Below, in pieces: positions 37,118 through 49,700 of a stretch of 64,000 bases of DNA (positions are counted from its first letter, which is position 1; the number at the start of each line of letters is the position of its first letter). The notes beneath the pieces were generated by a model that saw only the letters and a program-made list of their open reading frames with translations, had not been told where the DNA came from and did not search any database. The stretch covers positions 27,964,001 through 28,028,000 of the forward strand of contig NC_086109.1 in the NCBI RefSeq assembly GCF_963921235.1, given 5' to 3'. Source of the DNA: Mobula hypostoma (lineage: Eukaryota). A program made the position numbers and the translations under genes.

Positions 37118-38873
37118 CAGTGCCTTGTAAAAGTATTCAGTCCCAAACCCTTTGTTCACATTAATGAGTATTACAACCAGAGATTTTGATCAATTAACTG
37201 TGAATTTTTATTTGCAAATCACATGCTCCTTTTTCCACAGGAGAGCCCAAAAACAGAGAAAATTGTAAACATGAAAAACTAAAAATTCAAAACCTGAAAT
37301 GTCAGCTGTTCAAAAGTATTCATCCCTTTTTGCTCAGTGCTTAGTTGAATCACCCCTTGCAGCCAACACATCAGAGTCTTTATGGATAAGTCTGTCAGCC
37401 AAGTTACTTGGGAAGCAGCTGTGGACAGCAGTCTTGAAGTCTTGCCAGAGATATTTGATCAGGTTATGGTCAGGTCTCCAAATGGGCCACTGAAGGACAT
37501 AAATTTTCTTCATTTGAAGCCACACACTGGGTGCTCTAGCAGAGTGCTTTGTGTCATTGTCTGGCTGAAAGATGAGCTCCCTCCCCTGCTTAAGCTTTGC
37601 AGCAGAGGCTAGCAGGTTTTTATCTAGGATCTCTTTGCAATGAGCAGTATTCACCTTCCCATCAATCCTGACTAGATTTTCAGCTCCTGCTGCTGAAAAG
37701 CAACCCCATAGCATTATGCAACCACACCATACTTGACAATAGCAGACATCCCACCTCTCCCTGAAGTTCCAGGAGTCTCCCTGCATATTAATAGTGGCTC
37801 CCTGATGCCCGCAAATTCTACACAATGTCCCAGAAATCAGTTTTTTTGAGACGAGCAACAGAGAGAGAGAGATCGAGCAAGAGAGAGTGTGAGAGCGAGC
37901 GAGCGTGAGAGAGACCGCGAGAGCGAGAGAGCGCGCAAGAGAGCGAGCGCAAGAGAGACAGAGAGAGAGCACGTGCCATGGCAGAGTGTTCCAAAAAAAG
38001 AAAATATAAAACATATTCACCCCAGACTACACTAAAGTGTACCCCTGCCTAATAGGGGTAAAAAAATAATGACAGTGTTGCTCGCTGCACTGTTTGCAAC
38101 AGTGACTTTTCTATTGCCCATGGTGGGTTAAGACTGTAAAAGACATGTTGAGGTGAGTTTAACAGGTGTCATTCGTTTATTAGCATAGCCAACATTATTT
38201 AAACTAGCTGGTTAGCTGCTAAGGAGCTACTCTATTGCAGACATCCCACCTCTCCCGGAAGTTCCGTGAGTCTCCTGCAAATTGATGGTGTTACCTGGCT
38301 GATGCACAGCATTCAATCTGTGCACATGTACTGTTTAATGTTAAGAGCAAATTGTTCCACTTTAATCTCATCCGACCACAAGACCTTCTTCCATATCTTT
38401 ACAGTATCTTCTAAGTGACACTTAGAAGTTGGTATTGTACCCTTACCCAGATTTGTGCTTCCCTATTATCATTTCCCTGACGTGTCTTGAATGCTCTTTT
38501 GTCTTCATTTTTGTTTGGTCTGTTAAAAATCTACCATACTGTTGGACCTCACAGAGAGAGAGAGAGGGTATTTGTTCAGCTGATTGTCCAATTTTCTGCA
38601 TGAACAAATTGGGTGAGTTGGTAAAGTAAGATAAAGCATTGCATCTGAAGATAGCACAGCGATTACAAAAGGGGTGAATATTTTTCAACTTCACAACTTT
38701 GGTTTTTAATTTTTAGTAAATTGTTGACAGGTTTTGGATTTTTTACTTTTGATAACATGCAAATGTTTTGTAGATCAGCTCAAAAAATCCTACTTCAATA
38801 CACTTTAAATTTAGAAAATGAGACAGTAAAATGTGAAAATATTCTTGGGGCTGAATAGTTTTTCAAGGCACTG
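37118..38873 (-). mobile_element. Tc1-like transposon (same family as 29044-32915) with an internal insertion at about 37737-38292
   Basis: TA|CAGTGCCTTGTAAAAGTATTCAG ... CTGAATAGTTTTTCAAGGCACTG|TA. Remnant CIMLWGCFSAAGAENLVRIDG...QPDNDTKH. Confidence 0.88.
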
Positions 38874-38974
38874 TAGAAGGTATTTGTGATCAGTGGACAG
38901 CCATCTTGACAATGGAAAGAGCATTTCGACAGAGGCCTACCTACTCAGCAAAGGCCATATCACTCTTGCTGGGC

Positions 38975-39905
38975 ATGCTCTGTGACCTACAGGTTAAACC
39001 TTGACTTCTTTATTGGGCGACTACTGTCAGTGCAGATTGGTATCAACAACTCCTTGCTGATAATCAATACAGGCTTACCTCAGGGAAGTGTGCTTAGCCT
39101 ACCGCTCTACTCTCTCTACACTCATGACTGTGTGGTCAGGCACAGCTCAAACGCCAGCTATCTATTTACCGATGACATCGTCGTTGTTGGCAGAAACTCA
39201 GATACTGCTGAGAAGACGTAAAGCAGTGAGTCAAATCAACTGGTGTTACAATAATAACCTTGCACTCAACATCGACAAGACCAGGAAATTGATCATGGAC
39301 TTCAGAAAGGGGAATTTGCGAAAACATGCAGTCCTCATTGAGGTGTCGGGGTGGGAAGAGGGTGCAGCCTCACGTTGCTGGGCATCAACCTCTCTTATGA
39401 TCCATCCTGGGCTCAACATATTGATGCAATCACAAACGCAGCTTTCAAACTTCTCTGAATGTATGGTGGAGAGCTTTCTGACTTGCTTTATCAGGGTCTG
39501 GTATGGAGGCTCCAATGCACAGGATTGAAAGAGGCTGCATTGTGCTGTAGACTCAAACAGATCCATCTGGGGCACAAACTTCCCCACCATCGAGGACATC
39601 TTCAAGAGGCAGTACCTCAAGAAAGTGGCATCCATCATTAAGAACCTTCACCGTCTGCGACATGACTTCTTCTTGTTGCTATCACTGGGGAGAAGTTATA
39701 GGAGTCGGAAGTATTTTAGAAACAGATTCTTATCCTGTGCCATCAGATTCCTAAATGGTCCATGAACCCATGAACACTAACTCATTATTCCTTATTTGCA
39801 CATTTTTGTAACTTCGTAATTTTTATGCCTTGTACTGTACTGCTGCTGCAGAACAACAAATTTCACGACATATGTCAGTGATAATAAATTGGATTCTGAT
39901 TCTGT
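38975..39905 (+). mobile_element. Rex1/Babar-type LINE, decayed
   Basis: INTGLPQGSVLSLPLYSLYTHDC, WCYNNNLALNIDKT, GATTCTGATTCT tail. Confidence 0.75.
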
Positions 39906-41482
39906 ACGCAGACTGCCTCTATAAGGGAGCAGCATCCATTTCAGTGATACTGCAGCAACATGAAATTTTGTTTTTCTGTATCTTCGAGCTGGTTCAATGT
40001 GCTTAGCAGTTCACAAAGCATATGTTACATTGAAAGCATTTAAAACATCACTTAAAGCACACACACACACACACAGCAAATGTTGTTTAAACCGAGTGAG
40101 CATGTCTCTAGATATTCCCATCAAATGCCAGCCTGGACAGTTTTCAGCACAATTCAATCTAATTTTCAGAAAGGCTTGTGTTGCCATTGCAGGAAAATCA
40201 TTCTTCAGACAACATCTTGCCAATGTCATGTCACCGGTCACTGCTGGTCTTTGTCCATTCTGCCTCTCTAATGACCCCTGTTTCACTCAATTTGGCGTAA
40301 TATTACATACTGACTACTTAGCATGTTATTGTTAACACATCTATGAAACTGTAGAGAATAGGCATAACTGTAATTTCTCAGAGATTGCTCTGCAAAGACA
40401 CATCCGTGAAGTAGAGTTGTGAAGAGTGAAACTTTTGAGGAAATTCTAAATGTTCCCACAATTGTTTGTGTCCAAGCATGGAAGGCGGCTGCACAATTGA
40501 TGACTACCTCCTCGCATATTCCCAGAAGGAGCCAGCAATGCAGAAATCAGCTGAGCTTATTGAGGTAGCCAGAGTTCCACCTCCATAGTCTAACATTGTT
40601 CAGAGCTGAAGAAGCTGACACATGATACATGCGCAAGGACAGGTAGTGGGAGGGCCTCTCCACTGGCTGGCATCTGTATTGGCTCTGCGAAGGCAGAGGA
40701 AAGAGACACTGGTGTATGGAGAACTGCAATCAATCAGTCACAGTTTGCCTGTGCCTTTTGTGGCATGGGAGTTGACCAAATGCTCCACCCTGGCTTTGTG
40801 CAGCCATATGCAAAACATGCAAACTACATCAGAGACCTCACACTGACCTTGTATATTTTTGTAGAATGTGCACAACTGAGCACTGGTTTTAACAATTGTG
40901 TGGGTTCATGCCTTTTGTCCTTAAAACTTATCTCACATATTTAATGAAGAACCTTTTCCAACCTCAGACTCGATATTGAATTGTTCAGAAAAGCTTTTAC
41001 AGCATTTGTAATCAATAATTTAGCTTTGGCATTACAGTGCATTGGATTTTTAAAGCCATTTTATCAACAACATTGTACTTTAATGCTACTAAATGAGCTG
41101 ATGTGGTTAATTTTCTGCACGTCCTTTTAAATTTAAAAAGAATGCACAATGCCAAATGACCAAGGTAACTTGGATAGATTGTTGACTAGACAAAGAGGAA
41201 ATGCAGCTCAGTTTCATTATCCTCATGAGATGAAGGTCATTGACTTGCCAGGAAGTTCCTTGTAGCATTACAAGCCGCAGCTAAAGTACTGTAATAAAAC
41301 CCAATACAGGAAACTATGGCAAATGTTTGTGAAAGTGGGAAACAATTATGTTTACTGAAATAAATATAAATATTTAACATGGTAATATGCATTCAAGCAC
41401 TTGTCCAAAGATATATATCCATATCTGATGCAAAAAAATCAATTATAATGAACTGCAACGGGTATTTTGTACTTTACACTTA

Positions 41483-42306
41483 CAGTGGGTTCCAGTTAGT
41501 TGGGCTATCGGTTAATCAGGACAGATATTTATTTAGGACAACTCTTAACGAACTAAAACTAATGAAGAAAATAGCTGGGATTCCTTTCATTTGGGATATT
41601 ATGCTACTTAATTAGAGCAGGGGACTGTTGCCCAGCAGTTTCTAACTAACACTTGTATGGTCGTTAGACACTACACCGTGCTTACAGTGAAAAGTTTTCA
41701 GATAGCGTCAGTTGTGTGTGGTTGTGTTCAAAAAGCAGTGATTTTGTCACTGATGGTTGACAAGATAGAAGCAGTAAAGCAACTCAGAACTGTTTTGCTC
41801 ACGACTGTTTCAATCAATCAGACTTGGAAGATACCAGAAATGGCCAAGAGTTAAAATGAAATGATTTCACTACTTCAACAAGTTAGAAATTATGGAGAGT
41901 TTGAAGGACGACAATCATCTAGAATGTTACAATGAAAATGAAGATTTGGAGGATGCAATCCTTGAAAATTGCATGAAAGCAGTCCATTATCCCTCTAGGC
42001 ATCTGCGCTGATTTTGTTAATTTACAGTCAATCAAAAGAATGATTGACTGTAAATCATTGGATGAATTCCTCCTTTGATAACTACTAGGAACGAATACAC
42101 AGTTTTATGGTACTCTAGTAGTAATGGTAGTTTTCTAATTCGTTCTGTATTTCATTTAAATACATAATTTGTCACTCAGTTAAGCAGTAATATTTTTTTA
42201 TATACCTTTTTAACTATTTCCATGAAGCTTCTGCTAATTAAGGTAGCTGCTTAACTGGGCCACAATGTACCGGTCCCAATGTGTCCCAGTTAACTGGAAT
42301 CCACTG
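41483..42306. mobile_element. Tigger/mariner-like MITE
   Basis: TA|CAGTGGGTTCCAGTTAGTTGGG ... CCCAGTTAACTGGAATCCACTG TIRs. Partial second copy at 58847-58985. Confidence 0.7.
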
Positions 42307-42325
42307 CCTTTTGAAATAATTCTTA

Positions 42326-44055
42326 AGACCATAAGACCATAAGACAAAGGAGCAGAAGTCGGCCATTCGGCCCATCGAGTCTGCTCTGCCATTATATCAT
42401 GAGCTGATCCATTCTCCCATTTAGTCCCACTCCCCCAACTTCTCATAGTCATAGTCATACTTCATTGATCCCGAGGGAAATTGGTTTTCGTTACAGTTGC
42501 ACCATAAATAATTAAATAGTAATAAAACCATAAATAATTAAATAGTAATATGTAAATTATGCCAGGAAATAAGTCCAGGACCAGCCTATTGGCTCAGGGT
42601 GTCTGACCCTCCAAGGAAGGAGTTGTAAAGTTTGATGGCCACAGGCAAGAATGACTTCTTATGACGCTCTGTGTTGCATCTCGGTGGAATGAGTCTCTGG
42701 CTGAATGTACTCCTGTGCCCAACCAGTACATTGTGTAGTGGATGGGAGACATTGTCCAAGATGGCATGCAACTTGGACAGCATCCTCTTTTCAGACACCA
42801 CCGTCAGAGAGTCCAGTTCCATCCCCAAAACATCACTGGCCTTACGAATGAGTTTGTTGATTCTGTTGGTGTCTGCTACCCTCATCCTGCTGCCCCAGCA
42901 CACAACAGCAAACATGATCGCACTGGCCACCACAGACTCGTAGAACATCCTCAGCATTGTCCGGCAGATGTTAAAGGACCTCAGTCTCCTCAGGACCTCA
43001 CCATAACCTTTGATGCCCTGGCTACTCAGATATCTATCAATCTCTGCCTTAAATACACCCAATGACTTGGCCTCCACTGCCGCCCGTAGCAATAAATTCC
43101 ATAGGTTCACCACCCCCTGGCTAAAAAAACTTCTTCGCATCTCTGTTCTGAATGGGCGCCCTTCAATCCTTAAGTAATGCCCTCTCGTACTAGACTCTCC
43201 CACCATGGGAAAGAATTTTGCCACATCCACTCTGTCCATGCCTTTCAATATTTGGAATGTATCTATGAGGTCCCCCCTCATTCTTCTAAACTCCAAGGCA
43301 TACTGTCCAAGAGCGGACAAACGTTCCTCATATGTTAACCTTCTCTTTCCCGGAATCGTTCCAGTGAATCTTCTCTGAACCCTCACCAATATCAGCACAT
43401 CCTTTCTTAAATAAGGAACCCAAAACTGCACACAGTACTCCAAGTGAGGTCTTACCAGTGCCTTATAGAACCTCAACATCACATTCCTGCTCCTATACTC
43501 TATTCCTTTAGAAACGAATGCCAACATTACATTCGCCTTCTTCACCACCGACTCAACCTGGAGGTTAACCTTAAGGGTATCCTGCACGAGGACTCCCAAG
43601 TCCTATTGCATCTCAGAACTTCAAATTCTCTCCCCATTTAAATAACAGTCTGCCCGTTTATTTCTTCTGCCAAAGTGCCTAACCATACACTTTCCAACAT
43701 TGTATTTCATTTGCCATTTCTTTGCCCATTCTCCCAATCTATCCAAGTCTCTCTGCAGACTCCGTTTCCTCAGCACTACCGGCCCCTCCACCTATCTTAG
43801 TATCATCAGCAAACTTAGCCACAAAGCCATTTATTCCATAATCTAAATCGTTGATGTACAACGTAAAAAGAGGCGGCCCCAACATAGACCCCTGTGGAAC
43901 ACCACTGGTAACCGGCAGCCAACCAGAATAGGATCCCTTTATTCCCACTCTCTGTTTCCTGCCAATCAACCAACACTCTATCCACGTATGTAACTTTCCT
44001 GTAATTCCATGGGCTCTTATCTTGTTAAGCAGCCTCATGTGTGGCACCTTGTCAA
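42326..44055 (-). mobile_element. CR1 LINE (RT C-terminal part), interrupted by a Rex1-type insertion
   Basis: [24 protein letters not shown]...KFADDTK, LVRPHLEYCVQFW, (CTTATGGT)n tail. Confidence 0.9.
42446..42996 (-). mobile_element. Rex1/Babar-type LINE 3' end inserted in the CR1 3' region
   Basis: LRRLRSFNICRTMLRMFYESVVASAIMFAVVCWG...SFLPVAIKLYN and a (TATGAC)n tail. CR1 sequence TTCTCA|CCATAAC is split, with CTCA repeated. Confidence 0.85.
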
Positions 44056-44689
44056 TACTTTGCTTCTATTTTAACCAGAAAAGTAAAACCATGCCTGTCT
44101 TGAATGCCAGGGATATGAGCTAACTTCCTTCCTCTGCTAACAACACATATCCAACCACATGGCTCGCTCCTCAGCATCAGACCGGACGATTTGCTTCATC
44201 AACACCTCACCTCCTCCAGCCTCATCAATGAATCCCTCTCCAGCCATGTTCCTGATCACCCTATTTTCCAACACCAATCCTTAATCTCTTGAGCCATCTA
44301 TAAGCGTTGCAACCTCTCCGCCCGACTCCATGCCCAAACATCCTCCACACTGGGCTTCTCTCAAACACATACCATTCCCTGCAACACATGGTCTGGCTGT
44401 TTTCCTCTAAAATGACAAAGTTAAACAATAAAGGCCTTTGTATGTGTTTGTCTGAACGTACTGGCAAAAGAGGTACACCGAAGTGCCTCAGATATCCTTC
44501 AAGCACAGTTACATCAATTACTTCCGTGAACAGTCTCAATGAGCATTTTGAAAAGATAAAACGTCTTTTATAAACCCAATTATGTGATTGGCATTCAGCA
44601 GTGAAAACCTATTGCAAAATGCACTGCCTTCACCAGCCTCCAAACAAACAATGCTAATAGCCATTTCAAACTAATTGACAGACTGTGGT

Positions 44690-44690
44690 T

Positions 44691-44730
<40 letters not shown>

Positions 44731-44745
44731 CCCCGGCTCGGCCCC

Positions 44746-44785
<40 letters not shown>
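44690..44785. repeat. (CT)n and (CA)n microsatellites
   Basis: Seen directly in the sequence. Confidence 0.95.
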
Positions 44786-47069
44786 ATTCTAGTGTTACAA
44801 ACCCCTCTTGTCTGGTTTTCAAAAACAGCATCTAAAAGAGATTAATAACTGATTCCAGCACCAAGGTGCAGTCCCTCCCCCCGCCCCTGGAATGATCACA
44901 TTTAGCTTCATTTTTCTTTGAATCTTAGCAAAATATCAATTATGCATTATAATAACAATTCATTTGCTTAAAGAAGCTTGCCCTCAATACTGAAATGATC
45001 ATAGAAGCATTGTAACATAACACATTAACCTAAATCCTTGTCTTGTTAATGACATTAAAGAATTCCAAACCATACCTCAGGGTTACAGTTAACAATACTT
45101 ATTGGTACACATTGAAAAAAAAAGAGTACATCATAACTTACTAAACATGAAAAAATAAACAATAAATACATTTAAATAATGTGTGCAGCACAGATAATGC
45201 TATAATTTTTTTTAAGTGATATTAAAGACTAAATCTGATGTATGTTTCTCACACAAATTGTCTGCTTCCATTCAGTCATGGTCTGTTTGGATCCTTCTGC
45301 ATTTCTGATTTGTGTAAACACAGTACTTCCTATCATCAAATTTAATAATTTCCTTGAAATTGGGAGATTTGAAGGAAATTCTTGCCGTGAATACCTTGGA
45401 CATTTTTTATTCTCTGTAACTGTAACAGCTCATTTAAGTTTCAACATCAAATGATGTTGTAAAAGCAGAGAATATTTTTGTGAGTCGAGCTAATCTTGTG
45501 GTTTTCAATTTCCTTCGAACCTCATAACCAGGCAGCTGTTCTGTAACATAGTCTTCTTTGCATGCAACATAAATCTAACAATATATATTTTGTTCCATTC
45601 TCAATATATACCTGTTGATAAGTATGCTTAAACTGTTGGCATGAAATCTGTTACAGCCATTTACTGCATCTATCGACAAATAATATTAAAAAAATGTTCA
45701 AATATAACCTTCTTCCTGCAGGAACAAACTCAATGAGTCAAAACAATTGCAGAAGGAGGAAGCATTTTTTTGCAGTTTTGAATGTTGGCCTGTTTCACCA
45801 CTATTGGTGTGAATATCTACTTTGACTGGTGGAATGAAACTGACTCCTAGAGCAAATAAAGTGACTAATACTACATGGAGGTGAGCAAAGGTGGCTGAAA
45901 ATGTCGAACGCCACAAAGATGTTCAAGTAGGATTTTGATCTGCTTACCAATTATGATGCCTCATACATTCTCAAAAGGAATGGTTTACAGATATTTTAAA
46001 GAAAATAGATTAAAATCCAGATTTTAAGCAAACCAAGCAGCAACACAGATGTAACTAATATAGAATAGCTCTCCTAAGATTATTCTCCAGTTTAAAAGGA
46101 CTTCGTGTTTCACTAAAAAAATCACAAAGTGAGAACAATGCAATTTTGGTCAGAGATTTAGTGATACATTGATCTCTGCAGCTAGCAATTAATCTTCAGG
46201 TCAAGGTGGTGCCAAGCTGCAGTCTCCTTCGAGGTAATACCTTAGACTTAGTTGTTACTTTTAGGTTCATAGGGATACTTCTGGGGACCAATAGGGGAGC
46301 TAGGAGTCACATAGGAGTCACGTAGGGATTACAGACAGGGATAGGAGTGAATCATAGATCCGGCCAGAGTCTAGGCCTCCATTCTGTATTTAAAGGCATA
46401 TGACAAAGGACATCCATGAATGGATGTCAGGCCAGCAAGCGCTGTGGACAATGACCAGAGAGGACAAGAGCAGGCGGCTTCCTAGGCTGGCAAGTGAGAG
46501 GCTTGGAGGTCTGCGCAGCCAGGAGGCATAAGGTCCAATGACCCCCTAGCTATGTGAGTCTGAGAGTCCAGAGTTCAAGGCCTGGAGTTCCGGGTCCCAA
46601 CATTGTCTAGTCTGGAATTTGAGACCTGGAGTTTGGGTTCTTGTCATCTAAAGATTAAAGTCCATAGATCAATCAGAAGACTAGAAATTGAGACCATGGG
46701 GGAAGCCAGAGGCCCGATATCTGTGAGTCTGCAAGTCCGCTGAAGCCTGGAGGCCGCTTGTCCTGGGCTTGGAGTGCTGTGTGTGTAAGTGAATGGGTGG
46801 AAGAGAGAAAAGAGGCTTGTTTGGCTGTTGTTCCATGGTTATTGCTGTTGGTGCTGGAATGTGGACTGTCCCCAGCACATCCTTAGGTTGGGATGGTTGT
46901 TAATGCAAACAGTGCCTTGTACTGTATGTCTCAATGTAGTTGTGATAAAGAAATGGATCTGAATCATATCTCATATTACATACATAGTTAACCAATACAG
47001 TAATATTTTCATAATCATGTTCAAAATTAAAATTAATTGATAAATTTGAGAGATTAAGTGTTATATTGA

Positions 47070-47295
47070 TATTTATTTAGTTTATTGAGATACAGCGTGA
47101 AGTAGGCCTTTTCTGGCCCTTTGAGCCATGCTGCCTAGCAACCCCCGATTTAACCCTAGCCAATCACTGGACAATTTACCTTGAGCAATTAACCTACCGA
47201 CTGGTAGGTTTTTGAACTGTGGGAGGAAACTGGAGCATCCAGAGGAAACCCACAGGGTCACAGGGAGAATGTACAAACTCCTTACAAGCAGCGGC
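47070..47295 (-). mobile_element. V-SINE (HE1-like)
   Basis: TGTGGGAGGAAACTGGAGCATCCAGAGGAAACCCAC is the reverse complement of the V-domain. Confidence 0.7.
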
Positions 47296-48255
47296 TGGAA
47301 TTTCTCAGTGAAATGATGGCGTGCATTTTCAAACCACATCATTAGTGACTCTTCCTCCCTGAGGATTATATGCACTGACACAGCAACATAAAAAAAAGCA
47401 GTCTTTTTTGATTTTGGCTATTAAATTCACTATGTTATTCAAAGTATGGTTTTAAGTGCAGATGCCTAACTGTTGTCTTTGCCTGGTTTTAGCTCCTTAT
47501 TCTCAAATTTGTCAATTAATTTTAATTGTGAACACATATGAAAGTACTACTGTATAAAGGGGTAATGAAAGGGATTGATTAGCATTGTATGAGGTGAACA
47601 TTAAGGTGTGTGAGGACTTACTAATGGATAACAGTGATGAGGATTCACTAATGGCATAGTTTGAAAATAGACACCATTATTTCACAGCGAGGTTTACAGA
47701 GACATCATTATAGCATGTACTCTCTCAAATAAAACAGTACTGTCCAGGCAACAAGTACATTTTCCAGCAGTGTGGGCAATTAGCAAGACAGCACTTAAAA
47801 TTTGTGGAACAGAGACACACATAATTTATGCTACCAAGTTATTTTTCAAATTAATTATACCCTGCTGAAATTATTGACAGAACCTAGAAGGCTGAGGGAT
47901 AAGCAAAAATCCAAATAAAATAAATGGATTAATGGACAACGGGTCTCTTTATTGCCAAAACATTTTAAATGCACTTTCACACTCAACAGGATATATTGGC
48001 AATACTATTTTTTTTTATTCTATCTTACCTCTCTTCTAACATTTGTACTTTTGTATATCTGTGCACTTGTAATGCTACTGTGACACTGTAATTTCCTTTG
48101 GGATCAATAAAGTATCTATCTATCCATCTAGTAACCTAATCATTTATGATGCAGCTAAGCATCAGTCAATGGGCTCCACATCTATCAGGTGGGATAAGGA
48201 GATTTACAGATTGATTTTTTTTTTAAATAAACAAGCACATCACACAAAAGAATAG

Positions 48256-48435
48256 GCAACATTGGGTTGAACTGTTCTCTGATCTTGGCAATCCATTTGC
48301 AAACATTTTGTCACCATACGAGGAGATATCATCTGTGCTTGTCTCCTCGTATGGTGAGGAAACATTTACAAATCAATTACCAAGATTGAAGAACAACTCA
48401 ATCCAACCATGAACCACCTGAGCTACAAATTTTTG
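48256..48435. mobile_element. Short palindromic element, probably an inverted pLTR of a second Penelope-like family
   Basis: Perfect IR TCACCATACGAGGAGA / TCTCCTCGTATGGTGA, extending imperfectly to arms of about 70 bp. Decayed hammerhead-like CAGATGA...GACAAAATG on -. Confidence 0.55.
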
Positions 48436-49149
48436 GAGTTTTACTTACTGAAGGCTGTGCCTTCTACACCTGGAGCAGATAAACTGTAATAACTAAATAC
48501 ATCAGGAGAGCTCATTGCTCAATGGTAGCAGCAACAAGGGATATGCCCAGACGTGGGCTGTATTGGAAGTGGCACCAATCTGCACTTGCTGTTGCTCTGT
48601 AACATCATTTACTGGAAAACAATTGGTGATGTGGACCATTCCCAAAAGGACAGTTTCAATGCACAAGATTATAATTATAAGCAAGAATTCTGAACACAAG
48701 TGGATCTGGGATCTCAAGATTGTCATTTTCAATGCAGAAGACTTTATTAAATGAACACTGCCCATTTGTTGTTCCATGGATTATTCCACAACTCCCCTTG
48801 GTATTCTAACAATGCAATGACAAATAAATAAAATTCTCCAGTTCATTGCAAAAATATACAGTGGAACTTGTACCCTCAGTAAGAAATTCAGGCATCCATT
48901 GTACACCAGTTTTCCTTTCCATTTTAATCAATGTAGGAAATCAGATGTCACGCATTAGCAGACAACTAAATCACTATGGCCCAATTTAAAAAGTCCTGAC
49001 AATATTATAGAAGCAAAGATCAATCTGTCACTCCTTTACTAGATCCCTGACCACCCAGTGTTGAATATCATGGATATCAGAGTAAAATATTTTTCCATCC
49101 CCATCATCAGAATTCAGAATCAGAGGGCACATACTAGTGACATACTAAT

Positions 49150-49700
49150 ACCATGGCTCTGGCTAAAATGTGAGAATTCAACAGGGAACTTGTTGATGGT
49201 GAAGCCAACTCCATGGCTGCATTTGCCACAGTAAAATTCCCATTTCTAGAAGGGTATGTAGATTTGAAGAAACTTTTTCCTTTGCCTCTCCCTGACATGC
49301 TGGGTTTCTCCAAGAGTGGCAATAGCAATATTGTATTTAATCCCTGGGTTATAATGGCTAGCTGCTCATTGATTCCTACTTTCAGGGTTCTGAACTTTAA
49401 CTTTTCCATGTTGGTGATCTTGCTGGATGTGCTTTGCCAGCCGGGATAGATTAGATAGCCCCCGTCTGAGGCAACTCTCCAAGTCTCCTTCCCAGTGGAG
49501 GTGAGCAGATGGTATCCTGAAGAAGATTGCTTAATCATCGATTCAGCTTCCAAAGATACTCGTGTACTGAACCAAGTAAAGCATAGATGTATGATGGTTC
49601 GTCCTCCATGTCGCAGGGATTCTGGATCTGACAAAAAGTTGTATATTGTATGTTTAGCATAGGGACTATCGTGCTCATTCAGGTCAACACAACCTTGGCA
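49150..49700 (-). mobile_element. Decayed RTE-like LINE 5' region (APE endonuclease N-terminus)
   Basis: EKLKFRTLKVGINEQLAIITQGLN...EKPSMSGRGK resembles the RTE endonuclease start. Confidence 0.4.

Noticed and set aside
37334..38020. 228-aa ORF
   Set aside because: Read-through from a microsatellite-containing insert into a decayed Tc1 transposase fragment.
42586..43599. 337-aa ORF that looks like a novel fusion gene
   Set aside because: Chance in-frame junction of a CR1 ORF2 C-terminus and an inserted Rex1-type 3' end. Both are 5'-truncated TE pieces.
45070..45115. Possible KIF21 exon 1 (minus-strand ...ACTGTAACCCTGAG|GTATGG donor)
   Set aside because: The phase fits, but there is an in-frame stop a few codons upstream, no ATG, and an AT-rich context.
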